The translations under genes were made by a program, and so were the position numbers. Source: Phycisphaerales bacterium (lineage in GTDB: Bacteria > Planctomycetota > Phycisphaerae > WQYP01). Taken from it: a DNA stretch of 64,000 bases. This document shows positions 51,802-59,891 of this stretch, piece by piece (position 1 is the stretch's first letter; every line of letters starts with the position of its first letter). The stretch covers positions 25,138 to 89,137 of the forward strand of contig DAIDJN010000070.1 of the NCBI GenBank assembly GCA_027451365.1, in the 5' to 3' direction. The notes below the pieces were generated by a model. It was not told the DNA's origin and did not search any database. It saw only the letters and a program-made list of their open reading frames with translations.

Positions 51802-52785
51802 ATGAGTATGCCGACAAAATTTCTTGGAATGACCCGTCTGGAAGCGGCCATGTTGGTAATTGTGGCCGCCATCCTCGCCGCCATTCTGGGGCCTGCGCTG
51901 TCGCGACTTGACGGCAATGGCGGCCTTCCGCGAAGGGCTATATGTTCCGCCAATATTCGCGGAATCATCCAGTCAATGGTTATCTATGCGCAAAGCTACA
52001 ATGGCTGCCTTCCGAGTGTAAAGCCCGCCGGAGCCACATTTGTCAACGGAATCGACCCGCTGCGGGGTACGCCCACCGCCCTGGGAACGATTGATCCTGA
52101 AAGCGGTTTACTTGCGCATCAAACAAACGGCGGGCGGGCGGCCAATTCCCTCGCCGGATCGCCCCTGGCCAGCCTGTGGCTGTTGATAATTGACGGCGGC
52201 GTAACGGCCGAAAGCTTTATCTGCCCGGCAGACCCGTCCGCCGTTCAGCCATCGGCCCTGTTTGAGACTACTTCCCAAAACAAGGCGCGTTATTACCTTA
52301 ATTTCGGCATGGGTCACAATGGCCGGTTGCCGGACGGGCAGGGCGAGAGCTATTCCATGGCATTTCCATGGATAAACGGAAAGCCGGCACCATGGTGGAA
52401 CGCCAATTTGAACGAAAATTATCTGAGTAACATACCCCTTGTGTGCGATATGGCTCCCATGCAGGATCCGCATGCCCCTGGCAAAGACGCCAGAGATGTT
52501 ACCCAGCCGCTGCACAATAAATTTGGCAACTATGTTTTTAATTCCGGAAATCATGACGGTGACGGGCAAAATGTCGGCTTTGCCGATGACCATGTCGCAT
52601 GGGAAACCAATCCCTACGCGGGGGTTGATCAGGATAACATTTTTACCAGCGGCCAAACCGGCACCCAGGGCGGCGGCATTCCCATTGTTCCACGCCTCCA
52701 TGCGCCCGCTCCGCAACTTTCCGCCAAATATCCGTTTGACATCGTCATGGTTCCCACACGCAACGTGCATACTGGCCGCTGGTAG
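51802..52785 (+). CDS. Pseudopilin-like protein (variant prepilin N-terminus, H-X9-DG-like C-terminus)
   Basis: GMTRLEAAMLVIVAAILAAILGPALSR..C.ANIRGI, FICP and NSGNHDGDGQNVGFADDHV. Confidence 0.8.
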   Translation: MSMPTKFLGMTRLEAAMLVIVAAILAAILGPALSRLDGNGGLPRRAICSANIRGIIQSMVIYAQSYNGCLPSVKPAGATFVNGIDPLRGTPTALGTIDPESGLLAHQTNGGRAANSLAGSPLASLWLLIIDGGVTAESFICPADPSAVQPSALFETTSQNKARYYLNFGMGHNGRLPDGQGESYSMAFPWINGKPAPWWNANLNENYLSNIPLVCDMAPMQDPHAPGKDARDVTQPLHNKFGNYVFNSGNHDGDGQNVGFADDHVAWETNPYAGVDQDNIFTSGQTGTQGGGIPIVPRLHAPAPQLSAKYPFDIVMVPTRNVHTGRW

Positions 52786-53023
52786 CAGTGCCTCGCACAT
52801 GACTCGATATTCCGACCAGACGGCATGGCCTGCCGCCGGTGCCCGGTCAACTGCGTCGGTTGGCCGGATTATCAGGTTGGCTGGAGCGGCACACACCACG
52901 TCCGGGAAAATCCAATCTCACCCCCTTGCCAAGGCTACCGGTTCAAGTAAAATGTCTGTTTGGCGTGGCGGCAATGCTTCAGGACGATCATTCCCATGCC
53001 CCGCACGACAGGAGCTTATTATC

Positions 53024-53761
53024 ATGACAAAAAAAATCCGTTGGTCTGCTATTGGCCTCGCGGCCGCCATGCTTGTGGTTTCCGCCGGCGGGTGCGCCTC
53101 TGAAAAACTTAAAACCGAACGCGCCCAACTGCTGCAGCAGAATGCCCAGCTTCAACAGCAATTGACCCAAACCAAGGCCAGCCTCACCGCCGCCCAGACG
53201 CAGCTTCAACAGCAGCAGGCGGCCACCGCCGCCGCAGAAGCGCAGGCTCAGCAGGCCCAACAGGCCGCGCAAGCTCAGCCCGCGCCTGCCAGTGGCATGA
53301 ATACCGTCATGCCGGGTTTCAAAAGCGGCGGCAAGACCCGTCATGGCCAGTCCGCAATGGCCATGCGGAGCCACCATGGAAGCCACCGTCGGTTAGCGGG
53401 TCATCGCCGCAGCGAAATGCACCGGTTTGTTTTGTCCAGCGATGTATTGTTCGCTTCCGGCAGTGCCCGGCTGATGCCGCGGTCCACACATGCCCTGCTG
53501 CATGTTGTGTATATGATCAAACGGCATTACGCGGGCCGCTATATCCGCATTGAAGGCTTTACCGACAACCGCCCGATCCATCACCGGTTCAAAAACAACT
53601 ATGAACTGGGGCTGGCCCGTGCCCGCTCGGTCGAAGCATTTCTCTCCCGGCATGGCATTTCCCGCCATTGGATGCGCGCCATCAGCTACGGCTCGCATGA
53701 CCTTGTGTCGCGTACAAACCTGGCACTGGACCGCCGAGTGGAAATAGTGATTCTTCGCTGA
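53024..53761 (+). CDS. OmpA/MotB-family lipoprotein with a coiled coil
   Basis: Lipobox AGGC, Q-rich coil, DVLFASGSARL, EGFTDN, NYELGLARA and RRVEI. Confidence 0.88.
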   Translation: MTKKIRWSAIGLAAAMLVVSAGGCASEKLKTERAQLLQQNAQLQQQLTQTKASLTAAQTQLQQQQAATAAAEAQAQQAQQAAQAQPAPASGMNTVMPGFKSGGKTRHGQSAMAMRSHHGSHRRLAGHRRSEMHRFVLSSDVLFASGSARLMPRSTHALLHVVYMIKRHYAGRYIRIEGFTDNRPIHHRFKNNYELGLARARSVEAFLSRHGISRHWMRAISYGSHDLVSRTNLALDRRVEIVILR

Positions 53762-54056
53762 TTGGTCAAAGCCTGCGGCTTCTGCGATTTCCGCCGCGGT
53801 CCCACCGGCCCCGGCTTGTGCCATTTGGCAACCATCTGTTGGCCAAGCCCCCAATGGTCAGGCGCGGTGGTTCCGGGTTGGCGGCGTTTGTTGCCGCTGA
53901 CGGCCCATCGGGGCACGACTCGCCCGGCGGATGGTGCGGGCCTGTTCGCCATGGCATAAAACCCGCCTGTGGTTTCAGCCGAGAGGGGGGGCTGATAATG
54001 GACGGTGGAATCAGCCCTATTCAATTACAATAAAAGCGAATGGATTAAACGCCCCA

Positions 54057-54671
54057 ATGCTGGCAATTGTTGATTATGGAATGGGCAATCTTCGCAGTGT
54101 GCAGAAGGCCTTTGAACTGCTGGGGGAACCCGCGGCCATTGTTCAACGGCCCGATCAGGTGCGACAGGCGGACAAGCTTGTTCTGCCCGGCGTGGGGGCG
54201 TTTGCCGATGCTATTGCGACCCTCCGGCAGACCGGCCTGGATCAGGCTCTGGTGGAATTTGCCCGTTCCGGCCGGCCGATGCTCGGCATCTGCCTGGGAA
54301 TGCAATTGCTGATGGAAAAAGACTTTGAAGATGGTGAACATACCGGCCTGGGCATTATTCCCGGCGATTGCGTCCGATTCACGGTCGATTCCCCACCGCT
54401 TCACCTGAAAGTTCCGCACATGGGCTGGAACGCGCTTGAATGGGACCGCCCTACGCCGCTCTTTTCCGGCCTGCAGCGCGGTGCCCACGTCTATTTTGTA
54501 CACAGTTATTTTGTGCGGCCGAAGGAACCTGCGGCCGTGGCCGCGACGGCGGATTACGGCGGGCGGTTTACCGCCGCCATCGCGTGGAATAATGTATATG
54601 CGACCCAGTTCCATCCGGAAAAAAGCCAATTGGTGGGACGGGCGATCCTGCGAAATTTTGCGTCCTTTTAA
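54057..54671 (+). CDS. hisH: Imidazole glycerol phosphate synthase glutaminase subunit
   Basis: DYGMGNLRSV, PGVGAF, GICLGMQ and QFHPEKS. Confidence 0.96.
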   Translation: MLAIVDYGMGNLRSVQKAFELLGEPAAIVQRPDQVRQADKLVLPGVGAFADAIATLRQTGLDQALVEFARSGRPMLGICLGMQLLMEKDFEDGEHTGLGIIPGDCVRFTVDSPPLHLKVPHMGWNALEWDRPTPLFSGLQRGAHVYFVHSYFVRPKEPAAVAATADYGGRFTAAIAWNNVYATQFHPEKSQLVGRAILRNFASF

Positions 54672-54686
54672 AATAGAAACGATCGA

Positions 54687-55433
54687 ATGGCAATTGAACT
54701 GATACCCGCAATTGATTTACGCAACGGCAAAGTTGTGCGCCTTTTACGTGGCGACTATCAGCACCAGACGACCTACGGCGTAGACCCGGTGGATACCGCC
54801 AAAGCATTTGCGGACGCCGGCTGCCACTGGCTGCATGTGGTGGACCTGGACGGTGCCCGTGATGGCCGCGCGCATAATCTGGACATTATTGAAAAAATTA
54901 TCCGTTCCACAACCCTTCAGGTGGAAGTGGGTGGCGGCGTGCGCAATGAAGAAGTCATGGAATATCTGCTGGCCATTGGTGCGCAGCGGTTGATTCTGGG
55001 CACCCGTGCCATTTCTGATAAAGACTGGTTCGCCGCCATGGCCAGCGATGCCCGCTTCAAAAACCGTCTGGTTCTTGGCTTAGATGCCCGCAATGGCCAT
55101 GTGGCCACCCATGGCTGGACGGCCGCAAGTCAGAATTCACCGACCGCCCTGGAGGTGGCGCGCGGCGTCGCCAAATGGCCACTGGCCGCAATTATTTACA
55201 CCGATATCAGCCGCGATGGCACGCTGGCCGGTCCGAACATCGCGGCCACCGAAGCACTGCTTAAGGAAACTGCGACTGTGCCGGTGATTCATTCCGGCGG
55301 CATTGGAACACTGGATCACATAAAGGCTCTGCGGCATTTGAACCTTGCAGGCATTATTGTCGGTCGGGCCATTTATGAAGGCACTTTGAACCTTAAACAG
55401 GCCGTGGAACTGCTGACGGACAAAACCAAATAG
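54687..55433 (+). CDS. hisA: ProFAR isomerase
   Basis: IPAIDLRNGKVVRL, HVVDLDGA, VGGGVR and TDISRDGTLAGPN. Confidence 0.96.
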   Translation: MAIELIPAIDLRNGKVVRLLRGDYQHQTTYGVDPVDTAKAFADAGCHWLHVVDLDGARDGRAHNLDIIEKIIRSTTLQVEVGGGVRNEEVMEYLLAIGAQRLILGTRAISDKDWFAAMASDARFKNRLVLGLDARNGHVATHGWTAASQNSPTALEVARGVAKWPLAAIIYTDISRDGTLAGPNIAATEALLKETATVPVIHSGGIGTLDHIKALRHLNLAGIIVGRAIYEGTLNLKQAVELLTDKTK

Positions 55434-55470
55434 ATCGGCAGAATTCCCGGCCGGGGATATAGTATTCCCC

Positions 55471-57078
55471 ATGACCATCATCCGTTGCAATTTTCCAGCC
55501 ATTCGCAATTGGCGCAGAGCCGCCAGAACACTTTTCATCCGCTGCGGCGGAATGGTGCCGCTGGCCGTTATCAGTTTGTTTCTGTTTGCGGCTACGGGAC
55601 CGGCGCGCGGCCAAACCCGTGTGAATCTTGCCTGCAATGCCGCCCCTTTGGCTGGCCATTGGAGCTGTCTGCGTATTCGGCCGTCGAAAAAATTTAGCGG
55701 CAGGCCGTTACAGGTTTTTTTGCGCGATCGCCGCGGCGGCCCGGTTATCAGGTGTCGCCCCTTGCGCGAAAATCCCGATTGTCTGGTTCCCATGGTATTT
55801 GCCTCGGAAAAAAATCTCACACCCGGCGTCTGGCCGATGGAAATAAAATTGAGCCGGGCGGGAACAGAAGGGCATTGGCACCGGATAGATATTAAACTGC
55901 CGATTTCCCGACCGGGCGTTCAGCAGATAGCCGTGGTTTCCGGTGATGGCCGCCAATTCACCACGTTGCGCGCGGCAGGCATTTTTCTATATCCCGCGGT
56001 GATGCGCATCAGCCGCCGTCAGCTAAGCTCGGCACCGGCGCTTTGCTTTGCCGGCTGCCGGTGGTTGCTGCTTGGCCGCAAATCCGCGTTGCTGCTTGGC
56101 CGCCAGCGTCTGGAAAGCCTTCTGGCCATTGGCGTTAATATTCTGTACGTCGGGGCAAGACCACCGACACAAGGTCAATCGCTGCACTGGTTAGCCTGGC
56201 AAACGATTGGGCCTGAATCGCGCATCACATCAACGCTCTGGCGATTGTACGCGCTGCCAACGCCGCCACTGATTCTGCGTCGCCTCGGCCATTTGCGTCT
56301 CCCACAACTGGCGGCACCGACGGCATGGTTCGCGATGGCGGTCTTTTGCGGCCCGCTTGTGCTTCTGATTATCGGCTTAAGCTATCTGGCGGCCGGACCA
56401 AAACGTACTTTCAGACGTTTGACACTGACGCTTACTGTGGCGACGGCCATGCTTAGTCTGCTGGGCCTTTTTTACCTGCGGTCCACCACGCAATTGCAGG
56501 TTGCGCAATTCCGCTGGTCCAACCGGCGCATTGAAAGTCCGCTGCGATTAAGGCGAACGCTGTGCGTCTATCGCGATCTTCGCAGGGGCCAAATCTATTC
56601 GCTGGCCACCGGTTCCACCTGGCCGGTGGCGATTTCCGCCAACCGCTGGTTCGCACTCAAGGGCACCATCGGCATTGGCCGCAGCGGGGCGGACGTTCAG
56701 TTGGCCATTGCACCCGGTCAGGCTGTGGCCACATTCCGGCAAGCCTGGCGGTTGAAACTTCGCGCGATGGTTCTTACGCCGGCGGACCTTCGCGGGCGCA
56801 ATTTGGCCCACGATCCGTTGTATCCGCCCTCGCAACACAGCACGGTTGTATTCCGGCACGGCGCAATCTGGACCAGCGGCCCGCATCCGCAATCACTCGA
56901 TTTCAGCGATTGGCTGGCGAGCCAGTCGGTCGACACACGCGCGAATGTGCGAGCATGGCTGGCCGCCGATTTTTCGCCCACCCGGCAATACATCATGCCA
57001 AGCCATCGCCAATCCACCGGCGCAAAGCCATCCGGCATCCAACATCGCTCCACGCTTCACCTGATCACCGCGCCATAA
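55471..57078 (+). CDS. Hypothetical Arg-rich membrane-anchored protein
   Basis: 535-aa ORF with a signal-like segment and two central TM helices; start uncertain. Confidence 0.55.
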   Translation: MTIIRCNFPAIRNWRRAARTLFIRCGGMVPLAVISLFLFAATGPARGQTRVNLACNAAPLAGHWSCLRIRPSKKFSGRPLQVFLRDRRGGPVIRCRPLRENPDCLVPMVFASEKNLTPGVWPMEIKLSRAGTEGHWHRIDIKLPISRPGVQQIAVVSGDGRQFTTLRAAGIFLYPAVMRISRRQLSSAPALCFAGCRWLLLGRKSALLLGRQRLESLLAIGVNILYVGARPPTQGQSLHWLAWQTIGPESRITSTLWRLYALPTPPLILRRLGHLRLPQLAAPTAWFAMAVFCGPLVLLIIGLSYLAAGPKRTFRRLTLTLTVATAMLSLLGLFYLRSTTQLQVAQFRWSNRRIESPLRLRRTLCVYRDLRRGQIYSLATGSTWPVAISANRWFALKGTIGIGRSGADVQLAIAPGQAVATFRQAWRLKLRAMVLTPADLRGRNLAHDPLYPPSQHSTVVFRHGAIWTSGPHPQSLDFSDWLASQSVDTRANVRAWLAADFSPTRQYIMPSHRQSTGAKPSGIQHRSTLHLITAP

Positions 57079-57245
57079 ATCCGCGATTCAAATTGACGAT
57101 TTCCGCCTTCGCTTTCTCAACTATCGCATCCGCCTGCTAAAGGTCGCATGGACCGACATTCTCCTTGGCAAAGCCTGTTTTATAACCAGTTGACACGGAG
57201 TACCTCAATCGGCCGGTTCCATTCCCGTTTAATAACGCCGACGAT

Positions 57246-58130
57246 TCATACCTTCAGCGGCTTGGATACGATTTCTCGTATCAGGCCGCTGGGAAATCGT
57301 CGACTGGCGGTAATCGCGTAAAAGCTCTCCGTGATACCATCAATACGATGCCACTCTACCAGTGTGCCCGCGGAAAGTTCTCCTTTGACAACCACGGGCG
57401 GAACCAGCGTCAGCCCATTGTGATCGCGCGCCAGCAGGCGGAGGGTCGCCATGTCATCGACTTCCGCCGTGATGATGGGGCGAATGCCCAGCCGGTCCAT
57501 CATGACATCAAAAAGCGACCGAATACTGCTGTCAAGACTGGGCACAATAAGCGGGATATGGCGCAGGTCCTCTGGAAAGCGAAATGGATGGGCTTTCTTC
57601 GGAGGCTTACCAATCAGGCTTGCAACTTGCTGACTGATTAAGTGTGAATGACCCGCCATTTGCAAATCTGTCCGCAGAGGCAAATTGGACAGGACCATAT
57701 CCAGGGAATGGGCCTGGAGAGCAGCCAGCAATTCGCGCATGGAACCGGAACGGACAACCAACTCGACGTCAGGTCGGTTAAGCAGCGGCGAAAGCAACGC
57801 ATGCTGAAAATTCCTCGATAAGGTAGCGACCGCGCCGATGCGCACGATCTGCCGGCGCCCCGGTGAGCGCTGCTTGAGTGTATCGATTAACTCATCGCCG
57901 GTGCGGAAAATGACATCGGCGTAATCCAGGGCAATGCGGCCGGCTTCGGTAAGAATCAGTCGCCGCTTTTTACGCTCAAAAAGTTTTTCCCCCAGCGCCT
58001 GTTCGAGTTGTCGCAATTGAATGCTTAACGCTGATTGAGAAATATTCAGATTCAGCGCCGCTCGACTTAGGTTTCCCGCATGGGCGATCGCCCGGAAATA
58101 ACGCAAATGATGGTAGTTCAGAAAGGCCAT
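57246..58130 (-). CDS. LysR-family regulator (NhaR-like clade), divergent from dabBA
   Basis: LNYHHLRYF..GNLSRAA..ISQSALSIQLRQLE..LTEAG and EVDDMA. Confidence 0.92.
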   Translation of the reverse strand: MAFLNYHHLRYFRAIAHAGNLSRAALNLNISQSALSIQLRQLEQALGEKLFERKKRRLILTEAGRIALDYADVIFRTGDELIDTLKQRSPGRRQIVRIGAVATLSRNFQHALLSPLLNRPDVELVVRSGSMRELLAALQAHSLDMVLSNLPLRTDLQMAGHSHLISQQVASLIGKPPKKAHPFRFPEDLRHIPLIVPSLDSSIRSLFDVMMDRLGIRPIITAEVDDMATLRLLARDHNGLTLVPPVVVKGELSAGTLVEWHRIDGITESFYAITASRRFPSGLIREIVSKPLKV

Positions 58131-58134
58131 CACA

Positions 58135-58180
58135 ATATTCTATAAAATATATGAATTCTATGCAATATATATATTGTATC
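58135..58180. promoter_or_regulatory. AT-rich divergent control region with a palindrome (candidate LysR site)
   Basis: Perfect 14-bp palindrome CAATATATATATTG at 58163-58176, between lysR and dabB. Confidence 0.5.
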
Positions 58181-58229
58181 TAATTCATGTGGTCTCTAAA
58201 CTTTGGACGGTTTTAGTAAAGGAGTCACC

Positions 58230-59867
58230 ATGTTTGAGTCACTGCGAATTTCCACGGCGGTATTGCCCGCGGTGAGCTTGTGGGCCGCGGGCCTGGGATG
58301 GACCGATGGGCGCATCTCGGTTCAGGCGCGCAATCGGCTTGTGGTGGGCGCCGCCTGGATGGGGTTGGCCGCGTCCGTACTTTGCACACTTATGGCTATT
58401 GGAGGCAAACCCCTGGACGCAAGCGCCAAAGGCCCCTTGTCCGAGGTGATGGGGATCCATATCGACAACGTGGCGCTGGTCATGCTGATGCTGGTGAGCT
58501 TTCTTGCGGTCATTGTCACGCGGTATTCCGTAAGCTATCTGGCGGGACACATGCGACAAGGACAATTTATGACGTGGCTGGCCCGAACGATTGCCGCCGT
58601 ATTAACTTTGGTGATTGCCGGCAATCTGCTGCTGTTCTTTTTAGCTTGGCTGGCCATGAGCCTGTGTCTGCATCAATTGTTAATATTTAACTCGACGCGT
58701 CCTGGTGCCATGTTGGCCGCGCGGAAGAAATTTATTGTCAGCCGATGCGGAGATCTATGCCTGATCGGGGCGTTGCTGGTGAGTTATTACACGTTCGGAA
58801 CCTGGCGGTTTCAGCCGCTGTTGGCTGCCGCTGATTCCGGTCTGCACGCTGCGGGTGGAAACTGGATCGCCTGGCTGCTGGTTGGCGCAGCGTGCCTTAA
58901 GTCCGCTCAATTCCCATTCCACAGTTGGCTTCCTGACACCATGGAAACCCCCACACCAGTGTCCGCATTGATGCACGCGGGAATTATAAACGCCGGCGGA
59001 TTTCTGCTTATTCGCTTTTCACCGTTTCTGCTGAATTATCCGACACCCCTGATGGCGCTGACGATCGTAGCGCTTGCCACGATTATCACAGGATCTCTGG
59101 CCATGATGACGCAGACCAGCGTCAAGCGGCAACTGGCTTACTCAACTGTCGCCCAGATGGGATTTATGATGCTTGAGTGCGGATTGGGAGCTTTTGGCCT
59201 GGCGTTGATACATCTGGTCGCGCACGGACTCTACAAATCTCATTGCTTTCTTATCTCAGGCAGCACCATCAAAAAGGCCCCCATCGTTCAACTAAGAAAA
59301 CTCCACCGGCAGCACCACCGCATTGCGCACGTGGCGGCCGCGATATGTGCGATCGGTATGCTGCCTGCAGCCGCAGGCTTAGCCGCGCTTAAGCAAGTGC
59401 CCATCCATCATCTCCCCCTCCTGCTGACAGTGGGAATATCCTGGTGTCTGCTGATCTGGCGGGCGCTTGCGGGCCGATACAGCAAGGCATCCATGATGCG
59501 ATGGATTGCCGGGCTTGCGTTGTTGGCCGCAACTTATCCGCTAATGATTCTGATTTCCAACCTGATCCTTGGTGCCAATCAATTTGCCGTCGGAGGCTAT
59601 GGCACAGGAAATACACCGCCCGAGTCTTGGGTCATCTTGCCGCTTATCTGCGGGTCGCTCCTGGCGATGGGGGTATTTCAATGGCAGGTCATCAGCGGCC
59701 AGAGGCCGGCGTATATGCGGGCCTTGTACGTACACGCGGTAAGCGGCTTTTATATCGGCACTGCGGCAAACCGGCTTACATCGTGGATTTGGTCAATGAA
59801 GAATGGCTTTTGCAGGTCGGTACCCCTGCTGGCGCAAAATCAACCCGGTCAAGCTGAAACGATTTGA
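58230..59867 (+). CDS. dabB: DabB-like NuoL/ND5-family membrane subunit of an inorganic carbon transporter
   Basis: KSAQFPFHSWLPDTMETPTPVSALMHAGIINAGG, LAYSTVAQMGFM and AHGLYKSH. Adjacent to the DUF2309 gene. Confidence 0.88.
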   Translation: MFESLRISTAVLPAVSLWAAGLGWTDGRISVQARNRLVVGAAWMGLAASVLCTLMAIGGKPLDASAKGPLSEVMGIHIDNVALVMLMLVSFLAVIVTRYSVSYLAGHMRQGQFMTWLARTIAAVLTLVIAGNLLLFFLAWLAMSLCLHQLLIFNSTRPGAMLAARKKFIVSRCGDLCLIGALLVSYYTFGTWRFQPLLAAADSGLHAAGGNWIAWLLVGAACLKSAQFPFHSWLPDTMETPTPVSALMHAGIINAGGFLLIRFSPFLLNYPTPLMALTIVALATIITGSLAMMTQTSVKRQLAYSTVAQMGFMMLECGLGAFGLALIHLVAHGLYKSHCFLISGSTIKKAPIVQLRKLHRQHHRIAHVAAAICAIGMLPAAAGLAALKQVPIHHLPLLLTVGISWCLLIWRALAGRYSKASMMRWIAGLALLAATYPLMILISNLILGANQFAVGGYGTGNTPPESWVILPLICGSLLAMGVFQWQVISGQRPAYMRALYVHAVSGFYIGTAANRLTSWIWSMKNGFCRSVPLLAQNQPGQAETI

Positions 59868-59891
59868 ATTTGCAGAAAGGACGGTCAATAA

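Noticed and set aside
46275..53761. Complete prophage or tailocin
   Set aside because: Flanking genes are host-type, and there are no head, packaging, sheath, baseplate, lysis or integration genes.
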